Origin: an uncultured Actinomycetes bacterium
Lineage (GTDB): Bacteria > Actinomycetota > Thermoleophilia > RBG-16-64-13
NCBI GenBank assembly: GCA_963814365.1
Contig: CAWFCL010000005.1
Location: forward strand, 68,219-132,218
Length of the DNA: 64,000 nt
Direction: 5' to 3'
The position numbers were made by a program, and so were the translations under genes. This document shows positions 26,556 to 35,319 of the stretch, one piece after another; positions within the stretch are counted from its first letter, which is position 1, and every line of letters starts with the position of its first letter. The notes beneath the pieces are model-generated. The model saw only the letters and a program-made list of their open reading frames with translations, was not told the DNA's origin and did not search any database.

Positions 26556-26913
26556 CTCGCGTCCATCGATAGACGCATGGCTAGAGGAGATCAAGCGTGA
26601 GCCGGGAAGCGAGAACATCGGCATAGTGTTCCTTCATGTGGGTGTTGCCCGTGGGACGACCAAGGACGGGAATCCTGTGGCCGGAGTAGAGATGACTCAT
26701 GACCCGGACAAGGTGGCGGAGGCGGTTGCCGAGGCCGAGGCAATCCCCGGCGTACTGGCTGCTCGTGCCTGGATCAACGAAGGCCTCCTAGACGTGGGCG
26801 ATGACATGGTGTGCGCTTTGGTGGCGGGCAACGTGCGGTCGAATGCATTCGGTGCTTGGGAGAAGCTGGCACGTCGCCTCAAATCGGAAGCTATGAACTA
26901 TCACGAGCGATAG
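26548..26913 (+). CDS. MoaE-like (molybdopterin synthase large-subunit fold) protein
   Basis: G.VF.HVG.AR....G..V..V....D......A.AEA......L.A.AW...G.L.VGDD.V...VAG..R..AF.A.E.L...LK.E parallels the MoaE pattern. AAGGAGG precedes ATG 26548. Confidence 0.5.
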   Translation: MSNSRPSIDAWLEEIKREPGSENIGIVFLHVGVARGTTKDGNPVAGVEMTHDPDKVAEAVAEAEAIPGVLAARAWINEGLLDVGDDMVCALVAGNVRSNAFGAWEKLARRLKSEAMNYHER

Positions 26914-26963
26914 GGCTGGCCGGTCGCACAGAGGATAGCCATGGTGATGCCGCTAGAGCTTAG

Positions 26964-26993
26964 GTATGGGCGATACTGGATACCCTTCGAACC
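26964..26993 (+). repeat. tRNA-Val-3'-end-like dispersed repeat, copy 4
   Basis: gtatgggcgatactggatacccttcgaacc. Positions 26967-26981 (tgggcgatactggat) are identical to 28711-28725, the 3' end of tRNA-Val. Confidence 0.85.
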
Positions 26994-27053
26994 TAGGCTG
27001 GACAGATGGGCGCTATTGGACAGACTCCAAACGCGATGATCGCGACCGACTGG

Positions 27054-27923
27054 CTACAGACTATCGACCAGGCGCTGAGAGACCACGACCAAGTCCACCG
27101 GCAAAGCCCCTGTCAGCAGCAAGAGGGCAAGGTTTCTAGCTTCCTGGAGACTGAATGTGCCGGCGATTTCTACAAGGCCTCCAGATATCTCATCATGGAC
27201 ACTCGGCGCCGATATCACTTCGCCGTCGAGCACAATTGCCAGTTGCTGGCTTGCGCCGGTCGCGACGCCTATCAATGCTAGTTCCCTGGTGGTCGTGGCA
27301 AGCGCTTGAGCACCATCGTCGTCGAACTGCATGGTGACCCTGTGGCTCCCGTTGGGACCCAAGCTGTCGTAGCCGACATCCATGAGCATGGAGCCGTCAA
27401 GCGGGGGTTCTGTCTCGGCAATGTAGTACTGGTCGAACGGGTTAGCCGTGCTCTGACCGGCCGGCCAGCAGACCAATTCCTTCTCAAAGGGAAGATCGTT
27501 GACGGTTGGCACACCTGCCGCGGCCAAGGCCTCCGCCTCAGAATCATAGCTTTGTCCGAAGTCGCATACGGGGAAGAAGAGCAAGACTCCGGCAGTCTCG
27601 ATGATCTCCAGAACTTCCGTCCGATCCTCGTCACCCGGAAGCCTCACGCATATCTGCCGCTGGCCTTCGCGCCAGACCTCGGAACCGACTATGCCGATGC
27701 GGTCCAGTCTGTCTTCGATGACCCACACCGCGACATCCATCCTGCCGCTCGTGACAGTCTCGTCTTCAGGGTCAGCCTCCAGAACCACTTCTCGGTAAGG
27801 GGCCGCGGGGAGGCCGTCAGTCGACGTAGGAGCTTCAGATTGAGACCCTGCCCCGCAGCCAGAGGGGCCTGCGATCACGACCGACACGACTACAAACGCG
27901 AGAGCGAGCTGCACCTTCCTCAC
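27054..27923 (-). CDS. Lipoprotein made only of a SecD-like periplasmic (P1-head) domain
   Basis: VVSVVIAGPSGC lipobox. The C-terminus LAIVLDGEVISAPSVHDEISGGLVEIAGTFSLQEARNLALLLLTGALPV is the SecD signature, but there is no TM bundle. GTG 27923 follows AAGGAGGAGGGG. Confidence 0.7.
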   Translation of the reverse strand: MRKVQLALAFVVVSVVIAGPSGCGAGSQSEAPTSTDGLPAAPYREVVLEADPEDETVTSGRMDVAVWVIEDRLDRIGIVGSEVWREGQRQICVRLPGDEDRTEVLEIIETAGVLLFFPVCDFGQSYDSEAEALAAAGVPTVNDLPFEKELVCWPAGQSTANPFDQYYIAETEPPLDGSMLMDVGYDSLGPNGSHRVTMQFDDDGAQALATTTRELALIGVATGASQQLAIVLDGEVISAPSVHDEISGGLVEIAGTFSLQEARNLALLLLTGALPVDLVVVSQRLVDSL

Positions 27924-28062
27924 GACCCCTCCTCCTTGGTTGGGCCTGCCTTCGCGGTCTAGGTTCGTGAGCAATCTTAGCTGAGTCGAGTCCCCTGCGT
28001 GACGCTCTCGGGCGATTGCCGACGGACGACGGAGCAGACGTCACTCGACGACGAAAGCATGA

Positions 28063-28092
28063 GTATGGGTCGTACTTGATGCTCTTCGAACC
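28063..28092 (+). repeat. tRNA-Val-3'-end-like dispersed repeat, copy 3
   Basis: gtatgggtcgtacttgatgctcttcgaacc. Confidence 0.8.
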
Positions 28093-28195
28093 TGAGAGGA
28101 TGTGGTTCGGAACGGAACGGTTGAGTCTGTAGTCTTTCTAGTGTTTGTACATGCCTTGGCGCTTGGGTAGCATGTTGGAAACTGACTAGGGGAAT

Positions 28196-28576
28196 ATGAT
28201 GACTGTGAGAAGAGTGATGTTCCTGCTGATCCCTGTCTTGGTGTTCAGTTGTGTCGCTCTCGCGGGATGCGGCGACCAAGAACCCTCGTCTGCCGCCGAT
28301 CAGCAGACTGCGACTACTACGCCTGTCGAGGCGGCGGTTCCTCAGGACCTGGTCGGCAAATGGGTGAGCGTCAAGGGCTTCGAGCAAGGCGGCATGCTTG
28401 AGTTCAATCCCGATGGCACATGCACTCAGACGGTCGCCGTGGGTGGCGAGAACACATTCGATATCATCGTAGAAGGTGACCAGATCGACCTAATGGGCCA
28501 GTTCACCATCGAGGGCGATACTCTCACACTGAGTGACGGCATTCATCCGCCAGACATCTACAATCGCATGGAGTAG
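28196..28576 (+). CDS. Small lipoprotein (lipocalin-like pattern)
   Basis: LIPVLVFSCVALAGC lipobox, then LVGKWVS...LEFNPDGT...TLTLSDG. Confidence 0.65.
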   Translation: MMTVRRVMFLLIPVLVFSCVALAGCGDQEPSSAADQQTATTTPVEAAVPQDLVGKWVSVKGFEQGGMLEFNPDGTCTQTVAVGGENTFDIIVEGDQIDLMGQFTIEGDTLTLSDGIHPPDIYNRME

Positions 28577-28710
28577 GCGAGCCAGGCGCTGGACGAATCA
28601 AGCAGGCACCTACCTGTTGAGGCAGAGAAGAGGATCGGATCCCCGGACCGCTTGCACCGTCGGTGGTTTTCTATACCACCACAACTGTGTCACGAGTGGC
28701 TACGATTTCA

Positions 28711-28782
28711 TGGGCGATACTGGATTTGAACCAGTGACCTCTGCAGTGTGAATGCAGCGCTCTCCCACTGAGCTAATCGCCC
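28711..28782 (-). tRNA. tRNA-Val (anticodon CAC)
   Basis: The reverse complement folds as GGGCGAT-TA-GCTC-AGTGGGA-GAGC-G-CTGCA-TTCACAC-TGCAG-AGGTC-ACTGG-TTCAAAT-CCAGT-ATCGCCC-A. It is 72 nt and CCA is not encoded. Confidence 0.95.
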
Positions 28783-28851
28783 CAAGGTGAGGGCAGAGAA
28801 TGATAGCAGTAGCGGCTTGGCCGCGCCAACGCTGCGCGCTTGCTCACTTGG

Positions 28852-29238
28852 CTAGACCACACGGGCCGTGGCCAGTCCTCCGACTACCATCGCGATACCC
28901 AGGACAGCGTTCAGCACGATGTGCGTTATCGCCAGCCCCCAACTGCCGTTGCGCAGAAACGAAGTCGTCTCCACCGAGAAAGCCGATAGGGTGGTCAGCG
29001 CCCCCAAGAAGCCGGTGAACACCGCCAGTTGCACAGTTGGCGACAGCACCAAGCGACGCTCCAGCAGACCCACCAGCAGCCCCGCGAGAAAGCAGCCCAC
29101 CAGATTGGCCACCACGGTACCTACTGGGAACTTGTCGCCAAACAACCGCACCCCTATGACAGCCGTAAGGTAGCGGGCTGTCGCTCCAAGACCGCCGCCC
29201 GTGGCCACGGCGATGACACTCACTAATGATTCTCGCAC
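28852..29238 (-). CDS. crcB: Fluoride ion channel CrcB/FluC
   Basis: GGGLGATARY...GT..ANL.G.F..G...TGF.G.LTT.S.F. GTG start after AAGGAG. Confidence 0.9.
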   Translation of the reverse strand: MRESLVSVIAVATGGGLGATARYLTAVIGVRLFGDKFPVGTVVANLVGCFLAGLLVGLLERRLVLSPTVQLAVFTGFLGALTTLSAFSVETTSFLRNGSWGLAITHIVLNAVLGIAMVVGGLATARVV

Positions 29239-29284
29239 TGCGCACTCCTTGCATGCGGGCAGGGTGAACCCCGCCAGGTGTTAC

Positions 29285-29335
29285 GGAGTAGGCGTTATCA
29301 GCGCGTGAACACGGTTAAGGCGAACGCCATCGCCC
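29285..29335 (-). promoter_or_regulatory. Fluoride riboswitch (crcB RNA motif)
   Basis: The minus strand reads GGGCGATGGCGTTCGCCTTAACCGTGTTCACGCGCTGATAACGCCTACTCC. This matches the conserved GGCGAUGG..UUCGCC..AACCG...GCUGAU.A..CCUAC core, and GGCGUU pairs with AACGCC. It lies directly 5' of crcB. Confidence 0.85.
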
Positions 29336-29359
29336 GCGGCCAGAAGGACCGCGTCAGGA

Positions 29360-32003
29360 TTATACCCGGAACCTCCGCAGCCTTAGTGAGTTGGATAGCA
29401 CGCTAACAGACGAAAGCGCCATGGCCACCGCCGCATACATCGGGTCCAGCAAGATGCCGAAGGCCGGGTAGAGAACCCCTGCTGCCACCGGGATGAGGGC
29501 GACGTTGTAGCCAAAAGCCCAGCCCAGGTTCTGCTTGATGACACGCATCGTCGCTCGGCTCAGGCTCACTGCCGTCGCTATGGGCGCTAGGTCACCACGG
29601 ATGAGGGTCACGTCGGCTGTCTCCATGGCCACGTCAGTACCGGTGCCGATGGCGATACCGATATCCGCCTGAGCCAGCGCCGGGGCATCGTTGATGCCAT
29701 CGCCTACCATGGCCACCACCTTGTCGGCTGCCTGCAACCGCTTCACCTCTTCGGCCTTTCGGTCGGGCAGGATTTCCGCCAAGACGGTCGTTATCCCGGC
29801 CTCGCGGGCGATCGCTTCGGCGGTCTGGCGGTTATCGCCCGTCAGCATGAGTACCTCTAGGCCTATGCTCTGTAGCTGACGGACGGCAGCCACAGAGTCA
29901 GCCTTGAGCACGTCGGCCACGCCTATCAGGCCGGCCACCTCGCCATCCACCACCACGAACATGGGAGTCTTGCCCTCTGCGGCCATACTATCCGCAGCCG
30001 TCGCCAGCTCTCCCGGTGAGTAACCCCGCTCATCCAGTAAACGGCGGTTGCCGAGTGAGACCTTCACCGGCTTGGACTCGATCTGCAGAAGTGTGGCGTC
30101 TACCCCCTGGCCAGGGGTCGCCAAGAAATCAGTGGCCTCCAACAGATCCACCCCTCGCGCCCGCGCCGCCTCCACGATGGCTTCACCCAGGGGGTGCTCC
30201 GACCCTCGTTCGGCCGAAGCCGCGAAGAGCAGCAGCTCGGCCTCTCGTTTACCCGCGTCGGCATTGCTCGCCCCGAAGTCGTCCGACCCGGGGTCACGCC
30301 CCGCGGGCGAGTCGCCGCCGACCACGACGATATCCGTGACCTCGGGCTTACCCCGGGTGAGAGTGCCGGTCTTGTCGAGCACCACGGTGTCGAGCCTGTG
30401 AGCCCGCTCCAGAGCCTCGCCTGAGCGGATTAGTATGCCGTTCTCAGCGCCCTTGCCCGTTCCCACCACTATGGCCGTGGGTGTGGCCAGACCCATGGCG
30501 CACGGGCAGGCGATCACCACCACCGAGACGAATGCCAGCATGGCCAGAGTGAACGCGGGTTCCGGACCCACGAAATACCAGATCAAGAAGGTGATCACCG
30601 CGACGCCCAGCACCACCGGCACGAAGATACTTGCGATGTAGTCCGCGAGCCGCTGGATAGGAGCTTTGGAACCCTGCGCCTCCTCGACCAGACGGACTAT
30701 CTGAGCAAGGGCGGTGTCGCGTCCCACCTTGGTCGCACGGAAGCGGAACGAGCCGGTGTGGTTGATGGTGGCCCCGATCACCTCATCGCCGGGGTCCTTC
30801 TCCACCGGTATGGACTCACCGGTGAGCATGGACTCGTCAACAGCCGAGCGTCCTTCGGTGACCTCGCCGTCCACGGGTATCTTCTCCCCCGGGCGTACGA
30901 TCACGACGTCGCCAACCACCACTTGGTCGACGGGTATGTCGATCTCTTGGCCCTCCCGCATCACGCGGGCGGTCTTGGCCTGCAGCCCTATCAGCCGCCT
31001 CATGGCCGCCCCCGTCCGGCCCTTCGCCCGCGCCTCCAGATAGCGCCCCAGCAGGATGAGCCCGATGATCATCACCGCCGAGTCGTAGTAGACCGCGGCT
31101 TCGAAGCCGGCGTTCTGAGCGCTTTCGAAGGCTCTCGAGAAGAACGTGACAGCAACCGAATACAGATAGGCCACAGTAGTGCCCACCGCTATCAGGGTGT
31201 TCATGTCGCTGGTACGGTGGCGCAGGGCAGCCCAGGCTCCCCGGTAGAACTGACCGCCGGCCCACACTCTGGATCGGGGTGGCCAAGACGAACATGATCA
31301 GCCATTGCCACTTCATGGCCAACACCGACTCGGGGATCAGCATCATGAGCATCAGCACGACGCCAACGGCTAGGGCCGCGATAAACTTGATCATCAGCAG
31401 GCGGGTCTTCCTGCTACGGGCCGCTTCGGCGATCGCGGTGGGATCCGTCGCCTGGTCCGCACCCGGGACACCGCCGGCCCCCGCGTTCGCCCCGACGGTC
31501 ACGACGAGCTCATACCCGGCGCTCTTGACGACGTCGGCAAGCTCGGTAGGCGTGGCGGCTCCGGGAAGATAGGTGACGGTGAGCTTCTCGGTGGCAAGGT
31601 TCACTGTCGCTTCGGCCACCCCCGGCACCCTCTGCACCACGCGGCCGACCCTCGCAGCGCAGTTGGCGCAATCCATGCCCAACACAGGGAAGGTGGCCGT
31701 GACATCCGCCACGCTATAACCTGCGTCTCTGATCGCGGCGACGATCTCACCGGTGGAGGTGCGGTGGGGGTTGTAGGTGACGGCCGCCCGCTCGGTCGCC
31801 AGGTTGACGGCGGTCTTGGTGACACCCTCTACCGCGGCAACGGCCTTCTCGACCCGAGCCACGCAGGCCGCGCAGTTCATCCCGTCTACCGGGATCTGGA
31901 CGGTGTAGCTGCCCGGCAGCCGGTGAGAGGCGCTTTCTTCCTGCGAATCCTCGTGCGGCTGTTCGGGCGACTTCATGTGCCCGCTGTGCTCGTGCTCGTC
32001 CAC
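29360..32003 (-). CDS. copA: Copper-translocating P1B-type ATPase (two N-terminal HMA domains); frame-disrupted at about 31264-31270
   Basis: GMNCAACV and GMDCANCA (HMA domains), CPC ([11 protein letters not shown]), DKTGTLT and GDGINDAP. The N-part ORF ends ...FVLATPIQ and the C-part begins [12 protein letters not shown] in a frame offset by 1 nt. Confidence 0.85.
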
Positions 32004-32146
32004 CTACTCGCCCTTCTTGTCTGACAGACGTCCTAGTCGGAGGCTCCTAGGCACGTTGCCCCAGAGCGCAGACGGTCAAACCCACGGGGCACCGCCGTGA
32101 TCGACAGACCTCGAACGCGGGCGACGCGGACGCGCCCTGGCGTTCC

Positions 32147-33271
32147 TCAGTGAGCCTTGGTGCGTAGGTTCCGAGTCTTGTCGATGGCTTGCAGCTTAGC
32201 TAGGGCCTTCGCCTCTATCTGGCGAATACGCTCACGGGTCACGCCGAAGCGCTTTGCCACCTCTTCCAGTGTGCGCGGGTGCTCACCCTTCAGGCCGAAG
32301 CGCAACTCGATGACCTTGCGCTCCCTGTAGGGCAGCATGGCCAGAGCGTCATTCACCCCGTCACGCTCCAACTGCGACGCCACTGCGTCGAAGGAACGCA
32401 CGGCGTCCTCGTCCTCGATGAAGTCGCCCAGTTCAGAGTCTTCTTCTTCGCCGATGGGAGTCTCCAGAGAGACCGTCGTCTGACTGATGCGCAGTATCTC
32501 GCGGATCTCCACTTCGGTCATGCTCATCTGGGTAGCAATCTCTTCGGGCTGAGGTTCGCGGCCCATGTTCTGCAACAGCTGACGCTGGACGCGGATGAGC
32601 TTGTTGATCTTCTCGACCATGTGCACGGGAATGCGTATCGTGCGCGCCTTATCGGCGATGGCACGGGTTATGGCTTGCCGGATCCACCAGGTGGCGTAAG
32701 TGCTGAACTTGTGTCCCTTGCGGTAGTCGAACTTCTCCACGGCACGTATGAGACCTAGGTTGCCTTCTTGGATGAGGTCTAAGAAGCCCATGCCATCCGT
32801 GTGGTACCTCTTGGCGATCGACACCACCAGCCGCAGGTTGGCTTCTGTAAGCTCATGCTTCGCCCTAATGTCACCACGCTCGATGCGCTTGGCCAGCGAG
32901 ACTTCCTGTTGGGCGGTCAGAAGCTTGACCCGGCCTATCTCCTTTAGATACATGCGGACAGGGTCGGTGGTAGGAACATCGACGCTCAGGTTGAGGTCGT
33001 TAGTCCCGCGCCGCCACTCGCCCTTTGCGCTCTTGCCGTCGATCTCCAGATCTTCCTCGGAGTCCATAGCGCTGTCGTCCACGACCTCTATACCTTGGTC
33101 TAGTATCGTCGTGTACAAGTACTCGATCTGCTCGGTGGTGAGGTCCAACTCCGAGAGCACTTCGGCGATGTCCTCAGCAGTGACGAAGCCTCGGCCACGC
33201 CCGAGCTCCAAGAGCCCGTCGATTTCTTCCAGGTTGGCTACCCAGCCTTCAGGAACAGGGGCATCAGCCAC
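32147..33271 (-). CDS. Sigma-70 family sigma factor, group 1/2 (RpoD paralog)
   Basis: [57 protein letters not shown], and the region 4 motif [23 protein letters not shown] start after GGAGG. Confidence 0.9.
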   Translation of the reverse strand: MADAPVPEGWVANLEEIDGLLELGRGRGFVTAEDIAEVLSELDLTTEQIEYLYTTILDQGIEVVDDSAMDSEEDLEIDGKSAKGEWRRGTNDLNLSVDVPTTDPVRMYLKEIGRVKLLTAQQEVSLAKRIERGDIRAKHELTEANLRLVVSIAKRYHTDGMGFLDLIQEGNLGLIRAVEKFDYRKGHKFSTYATWWIRQAITRAIADKARTIRIPVHMVEKINKLIRVQRQLLQNMGREPQPEEIATQMSMTEVEIREILRISQTTVSLETPIGEEEDSELGDFIEDEDAVRSFDAVASQLERDGVNDALAMLPYRERKVIELRFGLKGEHPRTLEEVAKRFGVTRERIRQIEAKALAKLQAIDKTRNLRTKAH

Positions 33272-33327
33272 CGTCTACCTCCTCGCCTTGGCAGCGGCTG
33301 AAGAGCAAGCGCCTCGGATCCGTCATC

Positions 33328-33675
33328 TCATAGGGCCCGCGGCTCTGGACAACGATCCGCAAGCCATTTGGTGCCGTAGTCGCGCATGTGCTCGATCAGG
33401 GGTATAAGGTCCAAGCCCATGGGCGTAAGCGAGTACTCCACTCTTGGTGGGACTTCTGCGTAGCTCTTGCGCGTCAACACTCCGGCCCTCTCCAGGCTCT
33501 TGAGACGCTCAGAAAGAGTCTTGGGGCTGATGCCGGTGAGCGAGCGCTCGAGCGCGCTGAAGCGGTTGATGCCGTCGGCAAGGTCGCGAAGGATGAGCAG
33601 AGTCCACTTGCCGGAGATGATGTCTGCAGTCTTAAGGACAGGGCACGACTCTGGGTGCGCAACTTGGGATTGCAC
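33328..33675 (-). CDS. HxlR-family transcriptional regulator
   Basis: CPV......I.GKWTLLILRDL..G..RF..L.R.L.GISPKTLSERLK.LE..G...R......PPRVEYSLT..G. Confidence 0.85.
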   Translation of the reverse strand: MQSQVAHPESCPVLKTADIISGKWTLLILRDLADGINRFSALERSLTGISPKTLSERLKSLERAGVLTRKSYAEVPPRVEYSLTPMGLDLIPLIEHMRDYGTKWLADRCPEPRAL

Positions 33676-33861
33676 GACGCCGGCACCTCTCTCAACTGGC
33701 TGAGCATTACTTGACTACCTTGGAGCCGTATCACGCGGGTCCGGAAGGTAAGGCAAGGTACCAGAGATGCGGCGGGTTTTCAACCTTGTAAAGGGCATTT
33801 TGGCCAGTTTTGCTGGGTGTTCGCGACGTGGCATTCTCCGCCGCGAGACGTGCCACCAACA

Positions 33862-35319
33862 CTATGCCCTGAGGTGTTTGCGCAGGAGTTCGTTTACCAT
33901 CTGCGGGTTGGCCTGGCCTCTGGTCTCTTTCATCACTTGGCCGACAAAGAAGCCTAGGGCTTTCTCTTTGCCCTGCCGGAATTCTTCGGCAGGCCCGGGG
34001 TTGGCCTCGACCACCCGAGCCACTACGGACTCCAACTCACCGGCATCTGATATCTGACCAAGCCCCTTGTCGGCCACGATGTCCGCTGCGCTCTTGCCGG
34101 TGTCGATCATGGCCTCGAAGACCTCTTTGGCCATTTTGTTCGACAGGGTGCCGTCGGACACCAACCCCAACATCTCGGCCAGTGCCGATACGCCCAGCGG
34201 GAAACGATCGGCTTCGCCATCAGTGGCGTTCAAGTAGGCGCAGACTTCGCCTAGGACCCAGTTGGCCGCGAGGCGGGAATCGCTCGTCGCTCCGGCCAGT
34301 GACTCGAAGTAGTCACCCAGGGGCTTGTTTGTGGACAGCAGGGCGGCGTCTTTGGCCGAGAGACCGTGATCGCGAACCAACCTCTCCTTGCGAGCGGCGG
34401 GTAGCTCGGGCAGACTCGCCCGTACTCGCTCCACGTACGCTCGATCTAACTCCAAAGGTGTCAGGTCCGGCTCGGGAAAGTAGCGGTAGTCGTGCGCCTC
34501 TTCTTTGCTGCGCAGGGTATGCACGGTGCCCGTCGCTGGGTCGAAATGGACCGTTTCTTGGATGATCCTTTCACCCATCTCTAGAGCGTCTATCTGCCTC
34601 TCTATCTCCGCTTCCAGTCCGCGCTGCAAGAAGCGGAACGAGTTCATGTTCTTGAGCTCTGTCTTGGTGCCCAATGGCCCACCCGGCTTGCGAATAGAAA
34701 CATTGGCGTCACACCTTATCGAGCCCTCTTCCATATTCACGTCCGAGACACCAAGTTGCTGGACGATGTCGCGGAGCTGCTGCGCATAGGCCCTGGCCTG
34801 TTGGGGAGTCCGCATGTCAGGCTCGCTGACTATCTCGATCAGCGGGGTACCGCACCGGTTGAAGTCGGCCAGAGAATAGTCCGCCCCGTCGATACGCCCT
34901 GACGCTCCACCCGCGTGAACCAGCTTGCCGGCATCCTCTTCCATATGCACCCGGGTGATGCCCACTGGATAGGTGCTCCCGTCACCCAGGTCGATGTCCA
35001 GGTGACCTCCAATGCCCAACGGTAGGTCGTACTGCGAGATCTGATAGGCCTTGGGCATATCAGGATAGAAGTAGTTCTTGCGATGGAAGATAGTGCGTTC
35101 GGCTATTCGGCAGTCCAGGGCCAGAGCAATTCGGGTAGCGTGCTCCACGGCCTTCTCGTTCACCACCGGCAGCACGCCCGGGTGTCCAAGACAGAGAGGA
35201 CAGACTTGAGTGTTGGGCGGCTCCCCGAAAGTCACCTGACAGCCACAGAACATCTTGGTGCGGGTGTTCAGTTGAACGTGTATCTCCAGACCGATCACGG
35301 CTTCCCAGTCGCCTCTCAT
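33862..35319 (-). CDS. gatB: Asp-tRNA(Asn)/Glu-tRNA(Gln) amidotransferase subunit B
   Basis: WEAVIGLEIHVQLNT.TKMFCGC...; full length, 485 aa. Confidence 0.95.
   Translation of the reverse strand: MRGDWEAVIGLEIHVQLNTRTKMFCGCQVTFGEPPNTQVCPLCLGHPGVLPVVNEKAVEHATRIALALDCRIAERTIFHRKNYFYPDMPKAYQISQYDLPLGIGGHLDIDLGDGSTYPVGITRVHMEEDAGKLVHAGGASGRIDGADYSLADFNRCGTPLIEIVSEPDMRTPQQARAYAQQLRDIVQQLGVSDVNMEEGSIRCDANVSIRKPGGPLGTKTELKNMNSFRFLQRGLEAEIERQIDALEMGERIIQETVHFDPATGTVHTLRSKEEAHDYRYFPEPDLTPLELDRAYVERVRASLPELPAARKERLVRDHGLSAKDAALLSTNKPLGDYFESLAGATSDSRLAANWVLGEVCAYLNATDGEADRFPLGVSALAEMLGLVSDGTLSNKMAKEVFEAMIDTGKSAADIVADKGLGQISDAGELESVVARVVEANPGPAEEFRQGKEKALGFFVGQVMKETRGQANPQMVNELLRKHLRA

Noticed and set aside
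24032-28092. Integron attC sites or a sigma-70 promoter as the explanation for the 30-nt dispersed repeat
   Set aside because: There is no GTTRRRY core or attC-type imperfect palindrome. On the reverse strand TTCGAA-N17-CATAC(T/C) is promoter-like, but only two of the four copies face a gene start in either orientation. The tRNA-Val 3'-end identity explains the sequence better.
27977-28387. A 136-aa minus-strand ORF spanning repeat copy 3 and the start of the 28196 lipoprotein gene
   Set aside because: It overlaps a better-supported plus-strand lipoprotein gene with a strong RBS and lipobox, and runs through an intergenic repeat.
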